In this document: positions 12,741-24,650 of the stretch, piece after piece
Layout: each line of letters opens with the position of its first letter
Position numbering within the stretch: position 1 is the stretch's first letter
Assembly (NCBI RefSeq): GCF_009914755.1
Contig: NC_060931.1
Reading direction: 5' to 3' (one strand)
Length of the DNA stretch: 64,000 bases
Source: the human T2T-CHM13v2.0 reference genome, Homo sapiens
Notes under the pieces: generated by a model
Told to the model about the DNA's origin: nothing
The model's database searches: none
Seen by the model: the letters and a program-made list of their open reading frames with translations, nothing else
Position numbers and translations under genes: made by a program

Positions 12741-13264
12741 TGAGCAGCCTGAGCAAGCAGCAGAGTTCTCAGGATTCTTCATTTGTCTTTGGTATCCATT
12801 CTGTGCTCTGCATCACGGTGGGTGCAAAAGAAGTAAGATGTCTTGGTCTTTGCCTGAGGAGAGGTCCTAGAGCCTCTAGTCCATATTACATCAATTGGCT
12901 ACCCCCAAAGACAGCATTGGGCAATATTCATTCACAGCCAGACCAGCTGAGATGACTCAAAAGGGAGAAGTCGGTAGAAGTCTGTAAATATCAGCTGCCT
13001 TCTTACATGACAATAACAAGCAGATTTAGGACACTAGTTGTTCTTCACAGTAGCCACAGTTTTGTGAATAGTGCCCTCAAAATGTGAAATAGTCTGAATA
13101 TATTTTTAATTTTCAACATATTTCAAGAGAAATCTTATACTCTTAGTAACTAAAAGAAAAGATTGGGGGTAATTTCCTAGTTGAAAATGTTCTCTTTGCA
13201 AGTTGCTTGACCTAATTTGAGTTTTAAGCCAGTCATAGTGATGTTGATGATAACGATGGTGAGA

Positions 13265-13490
13265 TGGCTAAAATGTTGTGACCACTACTCCTTGCTAAAT
13301 TTTGTGCTAAGCACTTTTCTTGTATTATCACATTTAGTCTTTATGGCAATCCCATGAGGTGTGTACCCGTCTTATAGATGAGGAAACTAAGACCTGGAAA
13401 ATTAAATGATTCACTCAAGATTTCATAGTGAGAAAACTGAGCCTTGACTCAAACAAGTAGGCCTATAGAATCCATATATACTCTTCTTTA
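13265..13490 (-). mobile_element. MIR SINE
   Basis: GTGCTAAGCACTTT..TTATAGATGAGGAAACTAAG core. Confidence 0.75.
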
Positions 13491-13847
13491 AGCAGAAGCA
13501 GCAAATTGTGCTCTCTACAAATAATTGATCTCATGTTTGCCTAGTAATGGGCCCAGCTCTGCATGTAGGTTGTATGTAATGTGAGGGTCCCTGCTAAGTT
13601 GTGTCTATCTGTGCACTTTGGGCCCACCTCACCTCCCTCCACCAGCCTGCTTCCTATTTTATCTATAAATGTCAACATCTGTGTTCTTCCTCAGCTGGTC
13701 TGGCTGCGAATGTTCATTGCCTAGTCCTATATTGGGCACAGGCAGTAAAAAAGTCAGGGGATTAATTCCAGAAAGCTGCTACAGTATTGAAAAGTATAGC
13801 CTGAAAGGGAACAAAAAGTCCTGGGGCATGACCAGGGTGGAAGAGGA

Positions 13848-15172
<1,325 letters not shown>

Positions 15173-15659
15173 AGCATTCTCCCATCTATGTCTTATCCTC
15201 ATTGACTCATGATATCTTTGGGAACCATTTAGCAGTTGAACCTCAAGTGACTGGACGCAGAACAGGTGAGCTGCCTAAGTTAGGAAACCATCCCTGAATG
15301 CTCATCATAGGTTAAGAGGAGAAAGTACAGGAGAGGTTGTTAGACTGCAGAAGGCAGGACTTTGTTGATGAACACCTACTTGTAAGTGCATGAGATGGGT
15401 GCTTTCCTATGTGCAGAGAGATTTGCAGTGTCTATATGAATGATAGACATACCAGTCCCTGACCCATATGAAACATAAAGAAAATAATAAATTCTACCAC
15501 AAATCAACCAATATTAATTCATTTTAACACAAATCAACCAGTACCAAAATAGAGCCAAGGAGTTGGAGGGGATGAAGCAAAGAAGACAAAGTGCAATCAA
15601 ATGCATGCCCTAATTCCTTCTTATTACATCATTTTGACTAACTCTTTCTAACACTTTTG

Positions 15660-16140
15660 CATTCACATGAACACTCATTGAACACCTACTTTGAGTTTGG
15701 CACCATGACAAGAAAACAAACAAGTTATGGACTTAGAAGATATAGACTTATGGTGGAGACAGAGACATGGAATAATAACCCAAAGTAGCTCATCTTCCTA
15801 GAGGTAAGATTAAAGGATGGAGGTCCTTATAGAGGTGGTGACTTTAGTCTGGATCTTGTGGCTGGGGGCATTTCACATTATGAGAGGGTCAAAAACAAGC
15901 AGCCAACAACTTGTTTGAAAAAAGCAGGAATTCCAGTATGAGGTGAATATAAGCATGGGTTTAGAGTTAGGGCTGGGAACGGTAAGAGGGATAAAGTTCT
16001 GGAGGAGCCTGGAGGCTGTGCTTGGAATTTTGGATTATCCTAAAAGTTGCTGAAATCCCATGGAGATATTTCAGCCAAGAAGTGATATGGTCTGTTTTTA
16101 TCAGAGCTCATCTGCCTTCCATGTGATGGACTGACTGGAT
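15660..16140 (-). mobile_element. L2 LINE 3' fragment
   Basis: CATTCACATGAACACTCATTGAACACCTACT tail; GAGGTGGTGACTTTAGTCTGGATCTTG; GAATTTTGGATTATCCTAA. Confidence 0.65.
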
Positions 16141-16624
16141 ATGGAAGATATTTGGGTGGCCTCTTCCCAGGTGTATCATCTCATTTAAACTGCAAACCCA
16201 AAGAGCTCTATTCTCACTCATAAAAGGCCACTAGATCTGGACTGTTCCTAGTCCGCTCTGGTCCTTTCAGCGTTAGTCTGAATTATCTTTTCCCAAAGTT
16301 AGCTTGCCGTCTGTGGTTCTTTGCTGAGAAAGCTTCTGGATCAAAACATTTATCTGGAACAGGCATTTGGGGCTCATCTCCAGGTCTTCTAAACTGATGG
16401 GGACAGAGAGGGACAAGAGGTGGTAGGGAAAGGGAAATAGGCCCTCTTGGTGGCTTCTCTGCCTCTGATAAAACCTTTCCAAGAAGAAAACATTTAAGAA
16501 CCAGACACGCTTTTAAAAATACAGAGCCCATAAAAGTCATGGAATTTTGGAGCTAAAAGAGGCCTCAGAGAGCTGGTGTCTGCTTTTCAGGATCAGGATA
16601 CTAGAAAGAGTACAGGAATTGAAA

Positions 16625-16790
16625 TAGAGATCCTGGTGTATCTAGGACTGCTTATGCGACTTTAGGCAAATGACTTAACTTCTCTAAACTGCCACTTCAC
16701 CTGTTAATTAAGGATAATAATACCCACTTCTCAAGGTGTTATGAGGAGTAAATTAAATGCTTAATGTGAAGTAGGTGAAACCATGAACAA
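16625..16790 (+). mobile_element. MIR SINE
   Basis: GACTTTAGGCAAATGACTTAACTTCTCTAAAC..GGATAATAATACCCAC. Confidence 0.7.
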
Positions 16791-17829
16791 CACGGTTGTG
16801 ACTTCAGATAAAGAAATGGACACACAGGGAGTTTAAATGGGCATATGGAAAAGTGGTCATTTGACTGCTGTGAGTAGATTTCTTCACAACCCTCACCTAT
16901 GAAACTCCACTGTGGCTTTTCCAAGTCTGTAAGCATTACAAAGCTGATGTGATGCTTTTAATAAAAATGATGAAACCTTTCTACATGCACTGTGTTCTCA
17001 TGTTCCCTGAATTTTTTATGTTTCTTGTTTTAAATCAGCTGATGCCATCGAAACCTGATCATCTATCAATCTTAGTTTTAGTGGTGAAGACTCATGGTGG
17101 ATTTTGCCTAGCAGTTCATAATTTGTCTCAAGGGTGCCTGAGTGTCTCAGCGTCTCCAGAAAGCCCTTCGTGGTTGTTTCTGGAATGAGTCCCAGTGCTC
17201 ACCTCACACAGGTGTGTAAGCGCTCCAGCCTCCCTGACTTATCCACCAGCCTCCACCACTCGATCACCAGTTAAAGATGGCTGCCTACTTGTTGATTCAT
17301 CTTCTGCCAGCAATTGGGCAACAAAATATGATGATTCCCTTGACTGTTTTATCCCTTTACACATCAGCCTGGTCTCTTTTTCTTGTTACTGTGCAGGCCT
17401 ATTCTTCCTCTTCCTCCAGCCATTGCCTGTTTGACATGAGATGTGTCCTTCGATAAGTCAGTAGTGGATTACCTCAAGGCAGGGGACAACTAAGGCTCCA
17501 ATAGAAAGGATGAATTGCAAGAATGGGACAGAGATCATATTCTCAAAAGGACTTTTTAATAAAAACTCACTGAAAGCAATTAATTTTTCTTGATGATTTA
17601 ATTTTCTGCCTGGACAAAGCTGCTGTTTTAACTGTGTTTACAAAGCTTCTACTGCTGGCCATGGCTTCTGGAATTGGTCTCTGATGGCTGGATCTTTCAC
17701 ACTGGAGCCCTGGTTTTGATTATCCAAGAGATGAAAGAATCACTCCCTAAACCTTCCGTTGTCCACTACAGAGCTTCTCTTCCACCCCACCATGCTGCCT
17801 TTCCTGTCAGGATGACAACAGCAAAGACA

Positions 17830-17960
17830 GCAATAATAAAAGCTAATGCTTACATTAGTGCTTGTTATGAACCCAAGGCTTCCCTAAGCATTACATCTAT
17901 GTTAACTCATTAACGCCTACTCACAACCTCCTTTATAACACCTAGGAAGCTGGGAATAGT
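17830..17960 (-). mobile_element. MIR SINE fragment
   Basis: AATAATAAAAGCTAATGCTTAC..AACTCATTAA..CTCACAACC. Confidence 0.55.
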
Positions 17961-18025
17961 AACTTCTGGTCAGAGCTGTGACAGAGGCCATTGTCAGACT
18001 GTAGAGATTTTTGGTGCCAAAAAAT

Positions 18026-18200
18026 TCTTCTCAACAGGGGGCGATTTGGCCAATGTTTCGAAACATTTTTGATTGTCTCAACTCGGGGGATGCTACTAGC
18101 TTCCAGTGCATAGAGGCAAAAGATGCCACACAACATCTGGTAACCCTCCACAACAGTTATCCAGCCCAAAATGTCATCAGTGCAGAGGTTGAGAAACCCT
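18026..18200 (+). mobile_element. MER20 hAT-Charlie MITE
   Basis: TTCTCAACAGGGGGCGATTT..CCAGCCCAAAATGTCATCAGTGCAGAGGTTGAGAAACCCT matches the MER20 ends. Confidence 0.9.
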
Positions 18201-18209
18201 AGTGCCACA

Positions 18210-18450
18210 TGATTTAAGTGCTTTTGCCCAAATTGCCTAAATTCAAATCCTGCTTCTGCAGCTTACTAGCTGTGGATCCTGGGCAAGTTGCTTAAGCTCT
18301 TTGTGTGTCCATTTTCCCATCTTTAAAATGGGAATGAAAATAGTAATATTACGTCATGGGGCTGGTGCATGATTAAATGTATTAATGTAAGTAAAATGTT
18401 TAGCGCAGTGTCTGGCATGTGGTAAGGGCTCCATATTTTAGCTTTTATTT
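18210..18450 (+). mobile_element. MIR SINE, near full length
   Basis: TTCAAATCCTGCTTCTGCAGCTTACTAGCTGTG..GGGCAAGTTGCTTAA..TAAAATGGGAATG..GTCTGGCATGTGGTAAG. Confidence 0.9.
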
Positions 18451-19159
18451 TTATTATGTAGAGCCTTTCTGGCCTTAGGGAGACAGATTTAGGCTTCTTT
18501 TTAGTCTTGATAGAAGTCTTGAGAGGACATTTTCAGTCCATGCCATCCCAGGGAATAGTTTTTGTCCGTCTAAATCCTAAAGAGAATACTCTATCTTAGC
18601 CCACTAGGAAGTTTAGGAAAAGTTATCCTTGATGTGTTTTAATGCAATGTCTCTTTGTCATCTTTTTTTCTGCACCCTGTTTTACAATAAAAAGCCAGTG
18701 TTTCTGTCTTGCACTTGCATTTTATTGTTTTGCTCTTTTCATGCCTACCTTTAGAGGCCTAGGCTGTTCCACCTGTTCCCCCTGCATCATCACACCATGG
18801 GGTGTGCTTAGTGAGAAGGGAGCCTGCCATGGTTTCATCCAAGTCCACGTCTCTCTTTAGGATTGGTGCATTCTCAGCATGTAGGAAGAAAACCATGGCT
18901 GATTGTCAGGCAGAATCATGGGCTAAAATTACTGGGATCATCTAAAAACTGAGACCAGGAGAGTGTCACTAACCTGCTTAAGTTAACTGACAAGTGAGTG
19001 AGTGAGTTAGGAATATATCTAGCCTCCAGTCTCCCCCTTCCATGTTCTTTCCAATCCTCACTAGGGAAATGTCAGTGAACTGTTTATGCCTACATCTCAG
19101 GTCTTCAGTGTGTCATGCAATTATTTACTATGTTTCATGGTGGGAAACCCTCTTTGAAC

Positions 19160-19193
19160 CTGAGTTGGGTTCAAATTACTGAGTTGGGTTCAA
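19160..19193. repeat. Tandem duplication, period 19
   Basis: CTGAGTTGGGTTCAA at 19160-19174 and 19179-19193. Confidence 0.9.
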
Positions 19194-19261
19194 GTGCAGG
19201 ATTATGATTCAGACTGGCTGGACATTTCTGAGAAAACCTGCTAAAAAATTACCAGAAGAGG

Positions 19262-19347
19262 AAGCTTGAAAAGTGTGACCTTATAAAGCTGTGGTAAGTC
19301 ATACAAGCTTGATAAGTGTGACCTTCTAAAGCCATGATAAGTTATGG
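19262..19347. repeat. Diverged tandem duplication, period 43
   Basis: AAGCTTGAAAAGTGTGACCTTATAAAGCTGTGGTAAGTCATAC / AAGCTTGATAAGTGTGACCTTCTAAAGCCATGATAAGTTATGG. Confidence 0.9.
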
Positions 19348-19513
19348 TGGTCAGGAGTAAGGAGTAGACCTGAGTACAGAATGGTGTCCATCACTCAGTT
19401 TCCATGAAAATGAGTCCCCTCTGAGCCCAGTGGGTTTATAGGAATCCTGTGGTAAGCAGGGGCAGAATAAGTAAATTTAAAAGATTTGTTTCAGGAAAAC
19501 ATAGTGCCCATGA

Positions 19514-19559
19514 AACACAGCTATGTGTCTACCTAACACAGCTATGTGTCTACCTAACA
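19514..19559. repeat. Perfect tandem duplication, period 21
   Basis: AACACAGCTATGTGTCTACCT x2, then AACA. Confidence 0.95.
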
Positions 19560-20425
19560 GAGTGTGAAACGAATCAGAACACTCAGAAGTTTGGCATGTA
19601 GAAGGTTCTGGTGCCTCAGCTGATGGGAAAACATATGTTCCAGGAGGTCACAGCAGTACCCATCAATTACATGGGAGAAGAAAATGGTAAAGGAAGTGGG
19701 GCTCTGGCTAGAGCTGACAAGAAACCCTCACTGAGGACCCAATAGAAATTCCTTGGAAGCGTTTCTGCAGGCAAGAGCCTGTGAATTCTGACGTGTAATG
19801 TTACCACAATGAGGAAATGGATAGCATTTGAAATTTCACATAGATTTGGGTACCTCAAAATGCTAATAAATGTGGCAATGTTTTACACTTTCCTTTTAAT
19901 ACTTCAAATTGGCATTTTCTTCTGGCATGCATTGTAGATTATTACTTTCAAAAACCTGCAACACATTGCTAGAAACAAAATACTTACAGAACAGCCTGAA
20001 ATTCTGGAGGAATGGTCTCATCACGTCATTTTTTAAATTACCTCAGTATCAGACAAGGCATTCATAGCAATCAAAACACATTAATTTTAAGTGACATTCT
20101 GTATTTTAGACTACAACTACTATATCCATATTGAGGTACTTTAAATGAGGTCCACAGAAATGTCAGGCAAAGTACAACTGCCAAAATTATAAGATAACTG
20201 TCAAATGCTTGAATGGCAGCCCAGGGCTGGGCCTCAAAATGTTAGAAAGGAGCTTCCCCAGAGAACTTCAAACTGTGCAAGCAAAGATATATTTTGGAAT
20301 TCCATCCACTTGAAATTTGTGTCTACAATATGTTGACTACCTACGTTTACTTGGCTCCAGACTAGGTAATGAAAGTGATGGGGCTGCTAGGAAGCTGACA
20401 CGAGGAGACTGGTGAAGAGAATTAG

Positions 20426-20918
20426 TGTCTCAGTTATCTATTACTGCCAAACAAACCATCCCAAAACATAGGAACTTAAAACAACCATTTTATTATTCCT
20501 TATAATTCTGTGGGTTGGCTGGGCTCAGTTGGATGATTCTTCTGATGCTCTCACTCACAGTCTCTTATGTAGTAAAATATGGTGGATTGAAGTGGATTAT
20601 CCAAGATGTCTGTCTCCACTCACTTGTCTCAAGTGTTGACAGGGTTGACTGGAAGGCTGAAACATCCATCTCTTTTTCTCTCTCCATATGGTCTGACTAT
20701 GAGTCTAGCTTGGTCTATTAAAATAGGCTCCTTAAATTTGAATCTCATGAGCACAAAAACAGAAGCTTCCAGGTCTTCTGAAGGCACAGACCCAGAACTG
20801 GCACAGTGTCACTACGATCCTATCTTATTGGGAAAAATGAGGCAGAGGACTAGCCACAAGTCCACAAATACTTGGAGGTGTGGGCCACTGGGGCCATCTT
20901 TGGAGACTGGCTGTCATA
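20426..20918 (-). mobile_element. MaLR solo LTR (MLT1F/G/H-like)
   Basis: Starts TGTCTCAGTTATCTATTACTGC..AACAAACCATCCCAAAAC..CTTAAAACAAC and ends GGGGCCATCTTTGGAGACTGGCTGTCATA. Confidence 0.85.
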
Positions 20919-21856
20919 GACAGCCAAGACAAAAGCTGTAAAATGAAGATAGGGAAAGTGAGCTCTGAGCCTGGGCAGATGAAAACAGCTAATTCAAAAA
21001 TAGATTAAGCATGTTAACCAGTATGTAAGGATACTCCCAAAGTACAGAAAGTTGTACCCCCTGCATGAATATTTATTTATTTAAATCCTGAAAGACATAT
21101 TGGATGACAAAAAATTGGATGAGAATAATCTTGGGTTTCTCATCCTGAAAATGTACTTCTGGTAAGGATGACATTATCTTATTACATGAAAAGAGAAACA
21201 TGACTTTATCCATTTGCAAGATAAGAGATAGAAGCCAGATAAGAGGGATATGTTTTAAAGTAAAGAAAAGCTTGAAGGGAGAGAGGCTAAGAAACTTCTT
21301 ACTGAATGCCCTTCATTTTCTTGGGCAGCTAGAAGAATAATTATTTACTGATGGTTCAGAAGGGCAGAGTTGCATTTAGCATATTCTGTGGACAATGGGA
21401 AATGCTTCCAAATAAAGGGACATAAAATGCTGAGAATCACCAGCCCCAGGTGATGTGGGACTCATAAACATGCAGGGTGGCCCATAGCCACACTGTTTGC
21501 TCTACGGGTTTCTTCTACAGCACATTGGCAGGCTGGGACACAATCAGAAATCAGTAGTTAGATCCCCAAAAAGAACGCACTGTGAGTACTGGTGGTGTGT
21601 TCCTCCTTCTTTCCTTTGGGAAGACTAATGGAGACAGCTTAAGGATCTTGGAGGATCCTCCATCCATTAGCTGTCTTTGAAGAAGCATTCAGCTTCTTCC
21701 CACAGGTGACTTCTTCCAAAAAACTCTGCATGGAAAACAAGGCTTACAGGATTCTTTCCAGTTGACTTCAAGATGGAAAGCTTTTTCAGGATTCCAATTT
21801 TTTCCTTATGCATTTACAAATTTGCTATAAGCAAGTGTAGGGCAGTGTCTTACACT

Positions 21857-22029
21857 CAGGATTAGTAACATAATTTTGGGAGCTCAATGCAAAATTATAA
21901 CATAGGACCTTCATTCAAATACAAAGAATTTCAAGATGGTAATACAAGAGCAGTAAACCAATCCTGAGGTCCTTCTAAGTGAGGGCCTTGTGCACTTGCA
22001 CAGGTTGCAGACTCATGAAGTTGGCTCTG
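21857..22029 (-). mobile_element. MER45A hAT-Tip100 MITE
   Basis: CAGGA..ACATAATTT..TGCAAAA..GAATTTCAAGATGG..TGCACAGGTTGCA..CATGAAGTTGGCTCTG; 8-bp TSD-like CTTACACT/CTTATGCC. Confidence 0.85.
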
Positions 22030-22299
22030 CTTATGCCCTTATCTCAAGCATAAGCAATTTACTGGCTATAGAACTTTCTTCTTCCTTCCCTTCTCTTACC
22101 CTCAAGGGCAGCTTTGCGGGGCTACCAGAATGTTTGTAGCTTCAGACATGGCTAAGGCCAGTCCAAGGGACCATTGTCCTCAGGTTTCATCCCTGACAAA
22201 ACAGGCGGATTCTTTACAGATATTTTCCATTTTCTTCTTTAGGTGCCTGCTGCCCTCCCTTAGGCCTCACTGCTAAGGAAGCTATACCCTCTTATAGTT

Positions 22300-22766
22300 C
22301 TCTGAGGGCTGGGGGTCCCCCCACAGTACTCTCCTGGCCATCTCAGAGGACAGAGCATTAAACCACAGGAGTTATTCTTGAGCCTTGAAATGTAATGGAA
22401 TTTGTCCTGCTGGATTTCAGGCTTGTTTGGGACCTACGACTTCTTTTTCCATTCCAATTTCTACCTTTTGGAACAGAAGTATCTCTTCTATGCCTATTCC
22501 ATGTATGTACGTATTTTAGAAGCAGTTAACTTGTTCTCTAGGCTTCACAGGTCCACAGATGGAATTTTACTCCAGTATGGACTGAGCCCAGAATCTTGCC
22601 TATTCTTGATTTAGATGATTTAGCAGCTGAGAGTTGGGACTTTTTGAGTTGATATATTTAGATGAGACTTTGGACTTAGGGTTGATTCTTTTAAGGATTT
22701 GGGAAGAGGGTGGATGTATTTTGCACATGGGACAGATGTGAATTTGGAGGAGGCCATAGAGTGTTC
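22300..22766 (+). mobile_element. MaLR internal sequence (MLT1-int) 3' portion
   Basis: GGAATTTGTCCTGCTGGATTTCAG..GATGAGACTTTGGACTT..GTATTTTGCACATGGGACAGATGTGAATTTGGAGGAGGCC, directly before an MLT1 LTR. Confidence 0.75.
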
Positions 22767-23167
22767 TGTACTGGATTGAATTTTGTCCCCTCAAAAGACG
22801 TGTTCAAACCTTAACCCCTAGAATCTGTGAATGCGACCATATTTGGAAACAGGGTCTTTGAAGATGTCATCAAATTAACATAGGGTCATACTGGCTTAAC
22901 CCAATGACCCATATCCTTATAAGATAAGAAAAATCTGGACACAGAGACACACAGGAAAAAGTCCATGGGATGATGGAGGCAAAGACTGGAGTGGTACAGC
23001 TGCAAGCTAAGGACACTAAGGATTTCTGACACCCACCAGAATCTAAGGGAGGAGCATGGAACAGATTCTGCCTCAAAGTTTCCAGAAGGAAGCAAATCTA
23101 CCAACACCTTGCTTTCAGAATCTAGACCTCAGAACAATGAGAAAATGAATTTGCAAGGTTTTAAGCA
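22767..23167 (+). mobile_element. MLT1C-like MaLR LTR, 3'-truncated
   Basis: TGTACTGGATTGAATTTTGTCCCCTCAAAAG..GGAAACAGGGTCTTTGAAGATGT..GCATGGAACAGATTCT; similarity ends at GTTTTAAGC. Confidence 0.9.
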
Positions 23168-23179
23168 GATACAGACACA

Positions 23180-23590
23180 GTTTCACTTATGATCATTTGA
23201 AAATGATCACTATAGCTAAGCATGGAGAATGGATTTTAGGGGAGCAAGAATATCAGTAGAGAGACAAGTCAAGAGGCTTCTGCACTGGTCCAAGCATGAG
23301 ATGATGGTGGCTCAGATTAGGGTGGTAGTAACAGAAATACAGACAAGTAGTTGGACCCATATACATTATGAAGATTGAGCCGATAGGATGAGCTGGTGGC
23401 TTGGAGCAGGAGGGGAAGGAAAGTAGAGGAATCCAGGATGACTCCAAGGTTCTTGATGGATCCCTGGGTGGAGGCTGGTTATCACATGCTCAGTGGGAAG
23501 GCTCAAAATGAGCAGGTCTGGGGAAGCTCAAGAGTTCTCATGATTGAGCTCCTCATGAAATTTCCCATGGAAATATCAAGCAGTAGAGTC
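23180..23590 (-). mobile_element. L2 (L2a-like) fragment
   Basis: GGTCCAAGCATGAGATGATGGTGGCTCAGATTAGGGTGGTAG..GGAATCCAGGATGACTCCAAGGTT. Confidence 0.85.
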
Positions 23591-23659
23591 CTTTCAAGTC
23601 TGATTCCTCAGCTAGTCTAGAGGGCAGTTAGATGTCCAAAACACTCAGCAGACTCCCAA

Positions 23660-23843
23660 TGGGAGGCATCATGTGAAACAGGACAGAGGAGAATCTGATG
23701 ACATTCTTGGAACTCTTGGATTCAGCCCATTCCTAACGTCCAGCCCACCTCTTCAAGTTTTCATTAAGTCAACAACTTCTCTCCTTTCATATTGCTTAAT
23801 TTAAGTTGGGTTTCTGTCATTTGCCTCCAAAAGAGGCCTGCGT
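23660..23843 (+). mobile_element. Old MaLR LTR 3' part (MLT1J/K-like)
   Basis: CTGATGACATT..CTTGGATTCAGCC..AGTTGGGTTTCTGTCATTTGC..AAAAGAGGCCTG. Confidence 0.6.
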
Positions 23844-24299
23844 ACAATTGAAATACAATTCAGTAAATGGTAAAAGAACTGATGACATAGTAAGGTGCTT
23901 TATACATTGATTGAGAAAGTTTTTTTAAAAAACAAAGTTTATAGTCTATTTCTACCTGTTTCCAAAGTGGGGAAATGATTTGAGGTCTCTATAAGCGGGA
24001 ATATGATATTAAAATATTATTTTCTTAAGCAAACATTTTTTAAAATCCCAGTTACTTATTTATAAAAAATGAGACCAAGGTGAGTTGCTCCCTGTTCTGA
24101 CTCTTCACCCTGGGACACTGCTTAGCTGCCTCCCCTCATGGGGTACCGTAGAAGGAGCAGATGTCTGGGAGTAACGGCCTATCTTTAAAGCTGACTCTCT
24201 CATCAGCTGCAATTCTCCCAGGCTTTAGATATAGGTCTCATCTGCCAACAGCTGGTTCATGCCTTAGACCCCAGATCCTGCCAGGCAAGTCCTTGAGGC

Positions 24300-24650
24300 T
24301 CACAGTCCTTCTCCGCACAGGAAGAGCGGTGTGGCACTTGTTTCTGAGGCGCTGCAGGAAAGGAAGAGCGGGGCCAGGTTGGGAGTATTGTTAGCTTAGC
24401 CTTATTAATAAAATAGGGTTAATGATTTATTCATGGCTGGGACAATGCGGCTCCGCTCTGGAGTACAGCACAGAACGGTTTCATTAGAGATGAGCAGCTG
24501 CTGTGGAAGAGATGTGAGCCTTCCGAGAAACAGTCTCGGGCTGCTACTATGTATGAGGCAGTGAGCAGATTTATCTGACCAAGTCAGAGCTTGGAGGCAA
24601 TTATTTGTATACTGTGGATGTTGTAGGATAAATGCCGGCAATGGAGGTCC
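24300..24650. promoter_or_regulatory. Candidate enhancer/promoter (unique, CpG-retaining)
   Basis: About 10 CpGs in ~330 bp against a depleted background; HNF1-like GTTAATGATTTAT (24418-24430), GAS TTCCGAGAA (24521-24529), two AGGAAGAGCGG copies. Motif-only evidence. Confidence 0.4.

Noticed and set aside
15498-15540. 13-bp direct repeat CACAAATCAACCA x2
   Set aside because: Short, AT-rich, no further structure; likely an old slippage event or chance
19160-19560. Short direct repeats as a CRISPR-like array
   Set aside because: Each unit occurs only twice, the units are unrelated and there are no spacers; the DNA is primate
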